NCBI GenBank assembly: GCA_903944085.1
Contig: CAJAQO010000321.1
Location: 8,340 to 72,339 of the forward strand
DNA length: 64,000 nucleotides
Reading direction: 5' to 3'
Origin: an uncultured Verrucomicrobia subdivision 3 bacterium
GTDB lineage: Bacteria; Verrucomicrobiota; Verrucomicrobiia; Limisphaerales; UBA11358
Shown piece after piece: positions 43,701-50,850 of the stretch. Under the pieces are notes generated by a model. The model made no database searches. It was not told the origin of the DNA and worked only from the letters and a program-made list of their open reading frames with translations. A program made the position numbers and the translations under genes. Every line of letters starts with the position of its first letter. Position 1 is the stretch's first letter.

Positions 43701-44341
43701 CCTTTGATGTTTCGCTGGAACAGAAGTGGACGACCGGAACCTATCTCGGCTTGTCAGGCGAACTTTTGTATTCCAAGACCGATGCGGTGCAGGGCGGCTA
43801 CATTATCAACACGGATCTATGGAATGATTGGTATCCGCCCTACAACGCCTCGGGTTTCAGGGAAAACATGGATTATCGCGAAGCCTCCCTGCTCTTGAGC
43901 GTGGATCAATTGCTGGGCAAACAATGGTCCGTCGGGGCGCGCTACAAGGTGTCGCGCGCGCGGCTGGATTTGGATTATGTGGATGTTAATCCGGCCACCT
44001 TGCGCACGGTGGTGCAATGGCCGCCGCAACAAACTTTGGACAGCCTGCTGCACACGGTGAATCTGCACGCCAACTGGAACCATCCTTCCGGCCTGTTTGC
44101 GATCCTCGAAGGCAACTGGTATCACCAGTATAATTTTTCCGGCTATTCGCCCGCCGCACCCGGTGCTGATTTCTGGCAGTGCAACGCCTACGTCGGCTAT
44201 CGCTTCTGGCATCGCCGGGCGGAACTCACCGCCGGCCTGCTGAATCTCTTCGACCAGAACTACCAACTGGAGCCCTTGAATCTCAACAACGAAATGGCCC
44301 GCAGCCGGACCTTTCTCGCGCGGCTCAAGCTCAGTTTTTGA
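40757..44341 (+). CDS. secreted FecR-domain / TPR-repeat / C-terminal beta-barrel fusion protein
   Basis: 1194 aa. The N-terminal FecR pattern is (...GGVEILPAGTSVW...DRIHTTENSRVALRWSDQSIV...GILSFFHRD...VAGVEGTEFVM...VVDGKVTF). The middle has TPR-like helices. The last 550 aa or so are beta-rich and end ...FLARLKLSF. The start is a TTG and is uncertain. Confidence 0.65.
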   Translation: MDLLNLNSSCKNGIKALRAAAFILSVACGGEGYAQTATAAVATNSIRLVELQGGVEILPAGTSVWVKAQANQELHPFDRIHTTENSRVALRWSDQSIVPFGASTELEILPPDAANAQAGLRLIRGILSFFHRDQPGRIRLITRGAVAGVEGTEFVMAVDAADRTTLSVVDGKVTFGNAQATLLLTNGQQAAVEPGHAPARTAGFIANNLLQWCFYYPAVIDPDELQLTPEEEKNLASSLAAYRAGDLLAALEKFPAGNSSSAAVKIYHAALLLAVGEVEKSEAEFAALPKNSERIGRLAGSLRQLIAAVKRQAPAATIAPQFASEFLAASYFEQSRAVRETSLQNALQLAKRAAASAPKLGFAWERVAELEFSFGRAQDALTALEQSLALGPRNAQALALKGFILAAQNNPRAAIVSFDAAIAADAALGNAWLGRGVARIRTGDAKGGREDLLVAAALEPQRAELRSYLGKAYLATGDDAHAAKELALAKKLDPQDPTAWLYSALQNQQDNQINDAIRDLEKSESLNDNRGVYRSQLLLDEDRAVRSANLAGIYLDAGLTDESLREAGRAVSADYANYSAHLFLANSYNQLRDPDWSNLHYETPANAEFWIANLLAPPSAGTLSPLVSEQPSAKLFAQNRFGVASDTTYLSRGAWTEEGAQFGTYDNFSYDFEAKYIYDPGQRPNNDSEERDLVLNLKYQLTPRDSVFFSVEQTEVNHGDVSQYYNPSSASPDWRFNETQQPNLFLGYHHEWSPGVHTLFLATSQNAYESGSTASDEQLVGWIYGGVYTATIGFGNWEKIGLHTQEYSTELQQIWETVNHTTMVGARYHWGNSHYQNEEGNSDSSPIAVDMFPNPDLYPRQDFSLDFHYFDVYAYHNWQLADAFAVNLGLSYDQSVQPADPSSTPFSTAEKSSAQLSPKAGFIWTPLAGTTLRAAYTHSLSDFAGGQSYSLEPTEVAGFNQAFRSLVPESVGGDTSGSRFDTFDVSLEQKWTTGTYLGLSGELLYSKTDAVQGGYIINTDLWNDWYPPYNASGFRENMDYREASLLLSVDQLLGKQWSVGARYKVSRARLDLDYVDVNPATLRTVVQWPPQQTLDSLLHTVNLHANWNHPSGLFAILEGNWYHQYNFSGYSPAAPGADFWQCNAYVGYRFWHRRAELTAGLLNLFDQNYQLEPLNLNNEMARSRTFLARLKLSF

Positions 44342-44347
44342 AACGGG

Positions 44348-44779
44348 TCAGTGCCAGGTGATCTGCAAATTCAACGGCTGCCCGTTGGTCGGCGGCGGCG
44401 GCGGGTTTTTGACATAGACCGTCAGTAAATACTGGTCGGTATTCGTCGCCGGAAACGTCACGCTGTTGGTGCCGCACCACGCTGCCGCATCGCTTTTGCG
44501 CTGCACCCACGCCACGGAAATGTAATTCGTGCCCAAACCCGACGCGTCCGTGAGCGTGCCGCTGATAGTGTTCGTTGGCGGCGTGAGCCAGAGCGTGCCG
44601 GCGCTGTTCGTCATTTTGGCATAGCCGGTGTAAGCGCCGGGACAGCCCGACCCGCTGCCGCCGGTTTTTGGGGTGAACGGAATTATTTCGCTGTCCGCCC
44701 AGACCACGCCCGCCGCGAAGCCGGCAAGCGCCAAGACCGTCAAGATGCGTCCGCAGGTGGGTTTGAATTTTCCAGTCAT
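44348..44779 (-). CDS. small secreted protein, unknown function
   Basis: Signal peptide ILTVLALAGFAAGVVWA, a beta-rich body and a PPPPP tract. It lies between the FecR fusion and the kinase. Confidence 0.5.
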   Translation of the reverse strand: MTGKFKPTCGRILTVLALAGFAAGVVWADSEIIPFTPKTGGSGSGCPGAYTGYAKMTNSAGTLWLTPPTNTISGTLTDASGLGTNYISVAWVQRKSDAAAWCGTNSVTFPATNTDQYLLTVYVKNPPPPPTNGQPLNLQITWH

Positions 44780-44883
44780 AAATATTTGTTAAGTTTTGAT
44801 TTCCCGACCGGCTGCCAGATGCAAAAAATAAATGTCACACCGGCGGCGGACTGTAAAGATAAAATGAAAGTGAAAATTGTCCT

Positions 44884-46935
44884 TTGCCGCGCGCTCAATT
44901 ATGCTGGCAGCCACAGGTTGTGACCGGCCCGGACGCCAGCAAAAAATCACCCCGCCGCGCCGCGCTCGGCGCGGCGCTGGCGGCGCTTTGCGGTCTGGTT
45001 TTGTGGTTCACCTCGCTCGGCGATGGCTGGACGAATGCCAGCTATGATTATTTGTTCCGCTTCGGCCATCACAGTGTCACCAATCGCGTCGCGCTGATCT
45101 TGATGGATAACGAGGCGTTCGCGCGATTCGGCCAGACGCGCGGACAGCCGTGGGATCGCGCCTGGCACGCGAAATTATTGAACCGGCTGGCGGATGACGG
45201 CTGTGAGCTGGTGGTGCTGGATGCTTTTTTTGGCGAACTGCGTGATTCGGAGAAAGACGCCGCCCTTGCCCGCGCGATGCAACGTCAGCGGCACATGGTT
45301 GTGATGGCCGAACAAGCGCAGGTGACGCTGCCCGGCGTGGCCGGCGCACAACCGACTTTGCCGGCATCCATTTTTCTCGCGGCGTCGGGCACCAACTGGG
45401 GCGTGGCGTGGCTGGATCCCGATCCGGACTTCATCGTGCGCCGGCAATGGCCGTTTCCCTCGCCTGCCGCGTATCCAAGTTTGCCGTGGACCGCCGCGCG
45501 GCTGGCGGGTGCAAAATTGGCCGGACCGCCGCAGTCACGCTGGCTGCGCTATTACGGGCCGACGGGCGCGTGGCCGCGCATGAGCTATCAGTATGCCCTG
45601 ACGCAGCCGCCCGGTTTTTTTCGCGACCAGATTGTTTTTATTGGCACCCAGCCAAAAACCTCGCTGCCCGGCACCGAGACCGACAATGACAAATTCAGCA
45701 CGCCTTACACGCGCTGGACGGATGAAGCTGCGGGCGGCGTGGATATTCTCCTGACCGAGTTTCTGAATTTGTTGAACCACGACTGGCTGCAACGTCCGGC
45801 GGGTGGGGTCGAAGCCGGTCTGCTCGCGATCACCGGAATTTTTCTCGGCGGCGGCTTGTGCCGTTGTCGCCGGTGGGTGGCGAGTGCGGTGGCGGCGGGA
45901 ATTTTCGTGGCCGTGACTATGGCCGCCATTTGTTTGAGTTATTTTACCAGCTACTGGTTTCCCTGGCTGATCATTGTTGGCGCGCAAATTCCCTGCGCGC
46001 TGGTCTGGAGCCTGGCCACCAGCCCTCGGCGCGAAGCCGGCTTGGAAAAAAACCTTGGGTTGGCCAACGTGCTGGACACGCCGGGCTACGAGCTGATTCA
46101 TCCGCCGTTTGCCGAAGGCGCTTACGGCCAGGTCTGGCTCGCGCGCAACGACGCCGGGCAATGGCGCGCGTTGAAGGCGGTTTATCTCGCGAACTTTGAA
46201 AATAATTCCGACCCGTATGAGCGCGAATACAGCGGCATCCAAAAATACCAGCCCATTTCCGATCAGCATCCGGGCCTGCTGCGCGTGGAGTTTGTCAGCA
46301 AAAAAAGGAAGGATTATTTTTATTATGTGATGGAACTCGGCGATGCGCTGGAGCCGGGCTGGCAACTCGCGCCGGCCACTTACAAGCCGCGCGATCTCGT
46401 CAGTGAACGCGCCAAGCTGCACCGGCGAAGGTTGCCGGTGAAGGAATGTCTGCGCATCGGCATTACTTTGAGCGAAGCTTTGGATTTTCTCCATCGCCAA
46501 GGCATGACGCACCGCGACATCAAACCGCAGAACATCATTTTCGTGAACGACCAGCCCAAGCTGGCGGATTTAGGATTGATCACCGATATTCGCCCGGCGG
46601 ATCAGGAGCGGACGCTCGTCGGCACGCCGGGCTACATGCCGCCTGCGCCGGAACGGCCCGGAACTGTGGCGGCGGATATTTACGCGCTGGGCATGGTTTT
46701 GTATGTGCTTTGCACCGGGCGCGCGGCGGCGCTGTTTCCCGAAGTGGCCACCACTTTGGTGAGCACCGAGGAACCGCCGGAATTTCTGCCGTTGAACACC
46801 GTTATTCTCAAAGCCTGCCAGCCGCTCGCGGCGGATCGCTATGCCTCGGCCGCCCAAATGCGCGCCGCGCTGGAAGAAACGGTGGTGATCATTGAACGCA
46901 ATCGCAATGGCACCAAGGCGACGGAAAAAATGTGA
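44884..46935 (+). CDS. CHASE2-domain transmembrane Ser/Thr protein kinase
   Basis: The N-terminal CHASE2-like region (WTNASYDYLFRF...ALILMDNEAF...LVVLDAFF) is followed by 3 TM helices and a Hanks kinase domain (HRDIKPQN, DLGL, GTPGYMPPAPE). An alternative GTG start lies at 44920. Confidence 0.85.
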   Translation: MPRAQLCWQPQVVTGPDASKKSPRRAALGAALAALCGLVLWFTSLGDGWTNASYDYLFRFGHHSVTNRVALILMDNEAFARFGQTRGQPWDRAWHAKLLNRLADDGCELVVLDAFFGELRDSEKDAALARAMQRQRHMVVMAEQAQVTLPGVAGAQPTLPASIFLAASGTNWGVAWLDPDPDFIVRRQWPFPSPAAYPSLPWTAARLAGAKLAGPPQSRWLRYYGPTGAWPRMSYQYALTQPPGFFRDQIVFIGTQPKTSLPGTETDNDKFSTPYTRWTDEAAGGVDILLTEFLNLLNHDWLQRPAGGVEAGLLAITGIFLGGGLCRCRRWVASAVAAGIFVAVTMAAICLSYFTSYWFPWLIIVGAQIPCALVWSLATSPRREAGLEKNLGLANVLDTPGYELIHPPFAEGAYGQVWLARNDAGQWRALKAVYLANFENNSDPYEREYSGIQKYQPISDQHPGLLRVEFVSKKRKDYFYYVMELGDALEPGWQLAPATYKPRDLVSERAKLHRRRLPVKECLRIGITLSEALDFLHRQGMTHRDIKPQNIIFVNDQPKLADLGLITDIRPADQERTLVGTPGYMPPAPERPGTVAADIYALGMVLYVLCTGRAAALFPEVATTLVSTEEPPEFLPLNTVILKACQPLAADRYASAAQMRAALEETVVIIERNRNGTKATEKM

Positions 46936-46992
46936 GTCCGCGCGCCGTGATTTCTGCTTGAACCAGTATGAAACACGCGTCTGATTTGAAAC

Positions 46993-47020
46993 TTGACCGG
47001 CGCGGGGAATGCGATAAACT
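46993..47020 (+). promoter_or_regulatory. sigma70-like promoter candidate for the ilvB leader
   Basis: TTGACC - 16 nt - TAAACT, about 37 nt upstream of the leader ATG. Confidence 0.35.
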
Positions 47021-47056
47021 CCATCCGCAATGTTGAAAAACGTATCACAAGCTGTC

Positions 47057-47101
47057 ATGCTGGTAGTCGTCGTAGTTGGCGACGCCGTCGGCGCTTGTTG
47101 A
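47057..47101 (+). CDS. putative Val-rich leader peptide MLVVVVVGDAVGAC
   Basis: A 14-codon ORF with five consecutive Val codons. It lies 19 nt upstream of a terminator hairpin and 86 nt upstream of ilvB. Confidence 0.5.
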   Translation: MLVVVVVGDAVGAC

Positions 47102-47120
47102 ACGTAACACTTTAACAAAA

Positions 47121-47150
47121 CCCACGGCTGGCAACGGCTGTGGGTTTTTT
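47121..47150 (+). terminator. rho-independent terminator / attenuator upstream of ilvB
   Basis: CCCACGGCTG-gcaa-CGGCTGTGGG followed by TTTTTT. It is located between the leader ORF and the ilvB start (47188). Confidence 0.7.
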
Positions 47151-47187
47151 GTTACCCTTGGCCGCGCCGCCACCAAAAAGAAACATC

Positions 47188-49077
47188 ATGAGCAAAACAA
47201 CTGAATCCGCAAAAGCGAAAACGAAACCCGCCGCCCAGCGCGCCGAGGTCGGTCCGGCGATGTTCGGGCGCGACATTTTTGTCGAGGCCTTGGAACGCGA
47301 AGGCTGCGAAGTCATTTTCGCGTATCCCGGCGGCGCGAGCATGGAAATCCATCAGTCGCTGACCAAGTCCAAAATCCGCACCATTCTCCCGCGCCACGAG
47401 CAGGGCGGCAGTTTCGCCGCCGAAGGTTATGCCCGCGCCACCGGCAAGGCCGGCGTGTGCATGGGCACCAGCGGGCCGGGCGCGACGAATCTGGTCACGG
47501 CCATCGCGGACGCCTACATGGATTCCTGTCCGCTCATCGCCATCACGGGGCAGGTGAATCAGGCGATGATCGGGCGCGGCGCTTTTCAGGAAACCGATAT
47601 CATCGGCGTGACGCTGCCGATCGTGAAGCACAGTTATCTCATCACGGACATCAACGACATTCCGCGCATTGTCAAAGAGGCGTTTTACATTGCGCAAAGC
47701 GGTCGTCCCGGCCCGGTGGTCATTGATTTTCCAAAAAATCTTCAGCAGCAGAAAACGCAGCCGGTCTGGCCGACGCTCGACGAAATCAAAAAAGGTTTGC
47801 GCGGCTACACGCAGCCGGATTTGAAAGCCGACGACATCGCGCTGAACGAGATCATCGGCCTCATCGAGAAGGCCGAGCGTCCGGTGATTTATTGCGGCGG
47901 CGGCATCATCACCAGCGGGGCGGCGGCGGAATTGAAAAAATTTGCGGAAGCCACGAACATTCCCGTGACGACCACGCTGATGGGCATCGGCGGTTTTCCG
48001 GAAACGCATCCGCTCTCGCTGCGCTGGCTCGGCATGCACGGCGCGGCGTTTGCGAACTGGGCGGTCAACGGCGAATACGAATATCGCAAAGACCCGAACG
48101 GCCCGATGCTCAAGATGAAAGACGGCGCGGATTTGCTGCTCGCGTTCGGCGTGCGTTTCGACGACCGCGTGACGGGCAAGTTCGAGGAATTCTGCAAGCA
48201 CGGCACGATCGTCCATTTGGACATTGATGCGTCGGAGTTGAACAAGAATCGCCGGGTGCATTTGCCCGTCGTCGGCGACATCAAGGACGCGCTCACGCGC
48301 TTGAACCAATTGGTCGCGCAACGAACCGTCGCCAAGAAACACACCGCGTGGCTGGCGCAGATTGATGAATGGAAGAAGAAAGCGCCGTTCGCCTATCGCA
48401 TCACGCCGGAAATCGCCAACAGCGATCACATGGTGGATCACATGCAGGGCAACGAGAGCGAAGTCATTTTGCAGCAGATGGTCGTCGAGACGCTTTACGA
48501 ACTCACCAAGGGCGAGGCTTACATCACCACCGGCGTCGGCCAGCATCAAATGTGGGCGGGGCAATGGTATAAATACAAATATCCGCGCCAATTCATCACC
48601 AGCGCGGGCCTTGGCTCGATGGGCTTTGGCTATCCCGCCGCGCTCGGCATCAAGGTCGCATTGCCCGACAAGCAGGTGGTTGACATTGACGGCGACGGCT
48701 CGTTCCTGATGAACATTCAGGAACTCGCCACCGCGCACGTCGAGAAGATTGCCGCGAAAGCCATCATCCTGAACAACCAGCATCTCGGCATGGTCGTGCA
48801 GTGGGAGGATAATTTTTACAAGGGCAACCGCGGCCACACTTATCTCGGCGACCCGGAACATCGCCCGGAGATTTATCCCGACTACGTCCGCGTGTGCAAT
48901 TCCTTCAACGTGAAATGCGAGCGCGTGATGTTCAAACGGGATTTGCGCGCCGCCATCCAGCGGATGCTCGACGCCGACGAACCCTATGTGCTCGACGTGG
49001 TGACGCCTTACAGCACGCACGTCATCCCGTTCATTCCCGCCAACAAAACCGTGGCCGACATGATTTGGAAGCCGTAA
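47188..49077 (+). CDS. ilvB: acetolactate synthase (AHAS) large subunit
   Basis: GPGATNLVTAIADAYMDS, RPGPVVIDFPKN, and the ThDP motif GDGSFLMNIQELAT...NNQHLGMVVQWE. No ilvN follows. Confidence 0.92.
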   Translation: MSKTTESAKAKTKPAAQRAEVGPAMFGRDIFVEALEREGCEVIFAYPGGASMEIHQSLTKSKIRTILPRHEQGGSFAAEGYARATGKAGVCMGTSGPGATNLVTAIADAYMDSCPLIAITGQVNQAMIGRGAFQETDIIGVTLPIVKHSYLITDINDIPRIVKEAFYIAQSGRPGPVVIDFPKNLQQQKTQPVWPTLDEIKKGLRGYTQPDLKADDIALNEIIGLIEKAERPVIYCGGGIITSGAAAELKKFAEATNIPVTTTLMGIGGFPETHPLSLRWLGMHGAAFANWAVNGEYEYRKDPNGPMLKMKDGADLLLAFGVRFDDRVTGKFEEFCKHGTIVHLDIDASELNKNRRVHLPVVGDIKDALTRLNQLVAQRTVAKKHTAWLAQIDEWKKKAPFAYRITPEIANSDHMVDHMQGNESEVILQQMVVETLYELTKGEAYITTGVGQHQMWAGQWYKYKYPRQFITSAGLGSMGFGYPAALGIKVALPDKQVVDIDGDGSFLMNIQELATAHVEKIAAKAIILNNQHLGMVVQWEDNFYKGNRGHTYLGDPEHRPEIYPDYVRVCNSFNVKCERVMFKRDLRAAIQRMLDADEPYVLDVVTPYSTHVIPFIPANKTVADMIWKP

Positions 49078-49099
49078 AAGCCCGGTTTCAACCGCCGCA

Positions 49100-49138
49100 A
49101 AAACACCCCCGCTGGTTTCCCGGCGGGGGTGTTTGATT
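49100..49138. terminator. bidirectional terminator
   Basis: CACCCCCGC-tggtttcccg-GCGGGGGTG followed by a T-rich stretch, between convergent ilvB and 49150..49845. Confidence 0.65.
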
Positions 49139-49149
49139 TCAGCGGTTGT

Positions 49150-49845
49150 TCAGGCACCCACGACGATGCTCACCGGATTGCTCCACAGGCCCACTTGCGC
49201 CTCGTCCAAGCGGTAGATGCCCCGGTAAGTCCACTTAGCCGGGGCAGTCGGAAAAGGGGTGGTGTCGGTGTAGCCGGGCGTGGGGTCATAGGCCAGCGTC
49301 ACGTAACCTTTGCCGTCGTTGCGGTCCACCTGGATTTCGCATTGGTCCAGATAGGCGGCGTAGCCCTGCCAGCCCCAGCCCACCTGCACATGATTGCCGG
49401 TGATGGACAGCGTGAGCACCGGCTGCAAGGTGGTCAAATCCGGCGGCGTCAGTTCCGCGCCTTCGATGTCCAGCGCCTGACCAATGCTGGTGTTGTAATT
49501 GGCATTGCTCTTGATGTTTTGCACGAGCGCGCGGAAACGGTCTTCAATGCCCGGATTTACCGCCGGCACCGCCGGGGGCAGCACCGGCAGGCCGGGCGTG
49601 CCAGAAGCCGGCGGCACGCCGCCATCGCGCAACAAGTCCTTCCAGGCCGTGAACTGCTGGGCGTCCTTGTGCATGATGATCATGCTTTTGACCCAGTAAT
49701 CGAACGCGGCGGCATCCGCCGCCTGCGCCGCCACCTGCTCCGGCGTCAAAGCCAGCGTGGGCGCATAGGTGGGAAGGTTGTTTTTGCAGGTGAGCATCTG
49801 CGCCGCGAAGGCCAGATCGTTCTTTTGGATGGGATCTGATTTCAT
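49150..49845 (-). CDS. hypothetical protein, helical N-terminus plus FN3-like C-terminal sandwich (paralog A)
   Basis: 231 aa with no signal peptide. It shares a GGVPPA..PGL motif and a similar 5' UTR with 58718..59674. Confidence 0.6.
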   Translation of the reverse strand: MKSDPIQKNDLAFAAQMLTCKNNLPTYAPTLALTPEQVAAQAADAAAFDYWVKSMIIMHKDAQQFTAWKDLLRDGGVPPASGTPGLPVLPPAVPAVNPGIEDRFRALVQNIKSNANYNTSIGQALDIEGAELTPPDLTTLQPVLTLSITGNHVQVGWGWQGYAAYLDQCEIQVDRNDGKGYVTLAYDPTPGYTDTTPFPTAPAKWTYRGIYRLDEAQVGLWSNPVSIVVGA

Positions 49846-49924
49846 TTGGTTGTTCTTTCAGTTTCATTGTTTTATTTACCGACGGAAACAGGTCTTGGTT
49901 TGCGCGTTTAAGTGCTGTTTACCT

Positions 49925-50340
49925 TAAAAAATGGTTTCCCGCAGGGGTTCCGGGCAAACCCCGAAGCCTTCCGCGCTTTCCCGGAACGATTCCGGGAAAT
50001 GGTCAAAGGCTTCCGCGAAGCTCCGGACGGACGAAGAATTTTCCCGGCCCGCCGGCGGGAAAGCCCGGCCCGCCGTCGGGTTTTCGCCAACGGCGTCCGC
50101 GAAATGGCCAAAGGATTTGGGGAACACCCGGAATGCCTCGGGGCACCCGCCGAAGCGCGGCGGCAAGCCGCAGCGGCCGATGGCGAAACTCCGGCGGACC
50201 GGAAGCAACCGCGCCAAGCCTGGCGGCAACGCGGCGGGGAAGCGGACGGGGTGGATAAAACTCAGGCCGAGGCCGGAAAGGGAACCGGCGGAGACGACAT
50301 CAGCTTCCGGAAACCAGATATGCCGCGCAGGGGTCATCAA
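49925..50340. repeat. degenerate ~42-nt tandem array (array 1), immediately 5' of paralog A on the minus strand
   Basis: The units carry palindromic cores such as CCCGGAAcgaTTCCGGG and TTCCCGCCGGCGGGAA. The minus frame gives 14-aa pseudo-repeats (SFAEAFDHFPESFR / ESAEGFGVCPEPLR ...). Several frames are open on both strands. Confidence 0.65.
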
Positions 50341-50406
50341 TAAGGAATGTCCGCCGCCGGCAAAAGTGGACAAATTATTTTGAAATATTTTTGGCACGGG
50401 GAAGAA

Positions 50407-50473
50407 TTGAACAACCAAGGAACCAAGGAACTAAGCCGGCTTGCCTTGGTTCCTTTGTTACTTGGTTGTTCAA
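50407..50473. repeat. hairpin built from AACCAAGG tandem units
   Basis: ttgaacaaccaaggaaccaaggaac - loop taagccggcttg - ccttggttcctttgttacttggttgttcaa. Confidence 0.7.
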
Positions 50474-50572
50474 AATCCTCTGGCGCTGGCTCCGGGCTGG
50501 CTTCGGCAAAAAGGCGCGGGGTGACGCGAAACTATTTCACCCTGGCGGCGACGGGCATTTTTTAGCGCCGTA

Positions 50573-50796
50573 GGCGCGGAATCTCTGTAGCACCACGACC
50601 CAAGAAAATGAAAGCTCCGTAGGAGCGACATCACGGAATATGCCGCTCCTACGGAGCCGGGGACGTTTACGGGAATGTTTCTACAAAGATTCCGCGCCGC
50701 TGGCGCTTGGGGAGAAAGCGGCGGAGGGACGCCGCACTCCAAAACGCTGGCGCGTTGACCGAAGACTCCCGAACCGCGCGGAGCGTCTTGGAGTGC
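50573..50796. repeat. cluster of nested palindromic (REP/MITE-like) modules
   Basis: An outer IR GGCGCGGAATCTCTGTAG / CTACAAAGATTCCGCGCC (50573-90 / 50681-98) encloses a perfect 13-bp IR CTCCGTAGGAGCG / CGCTCCTACGGAG. A second module is GCACTCCAAAACGCT / AGCGTCTTGGAGTGC (50734-48 / 50782-96). Confidence 0.65.
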
Positions 50797-50850
50797 GCCA
50801 GTCCTCTGGCGCTTTGGAATGGCAGGCGGGACGTGCGGGGCGGTGCGAAA

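Noticed and set aside
49908-50418. Four overlapping ORFs (both strands) across array 1 as separate genes.
   Set aside because: Multiple open frames are a by-product of GC-rich repeats. None could be preferred by eye, so the minus-strand frame is kept only as a hypothesis in the findings.
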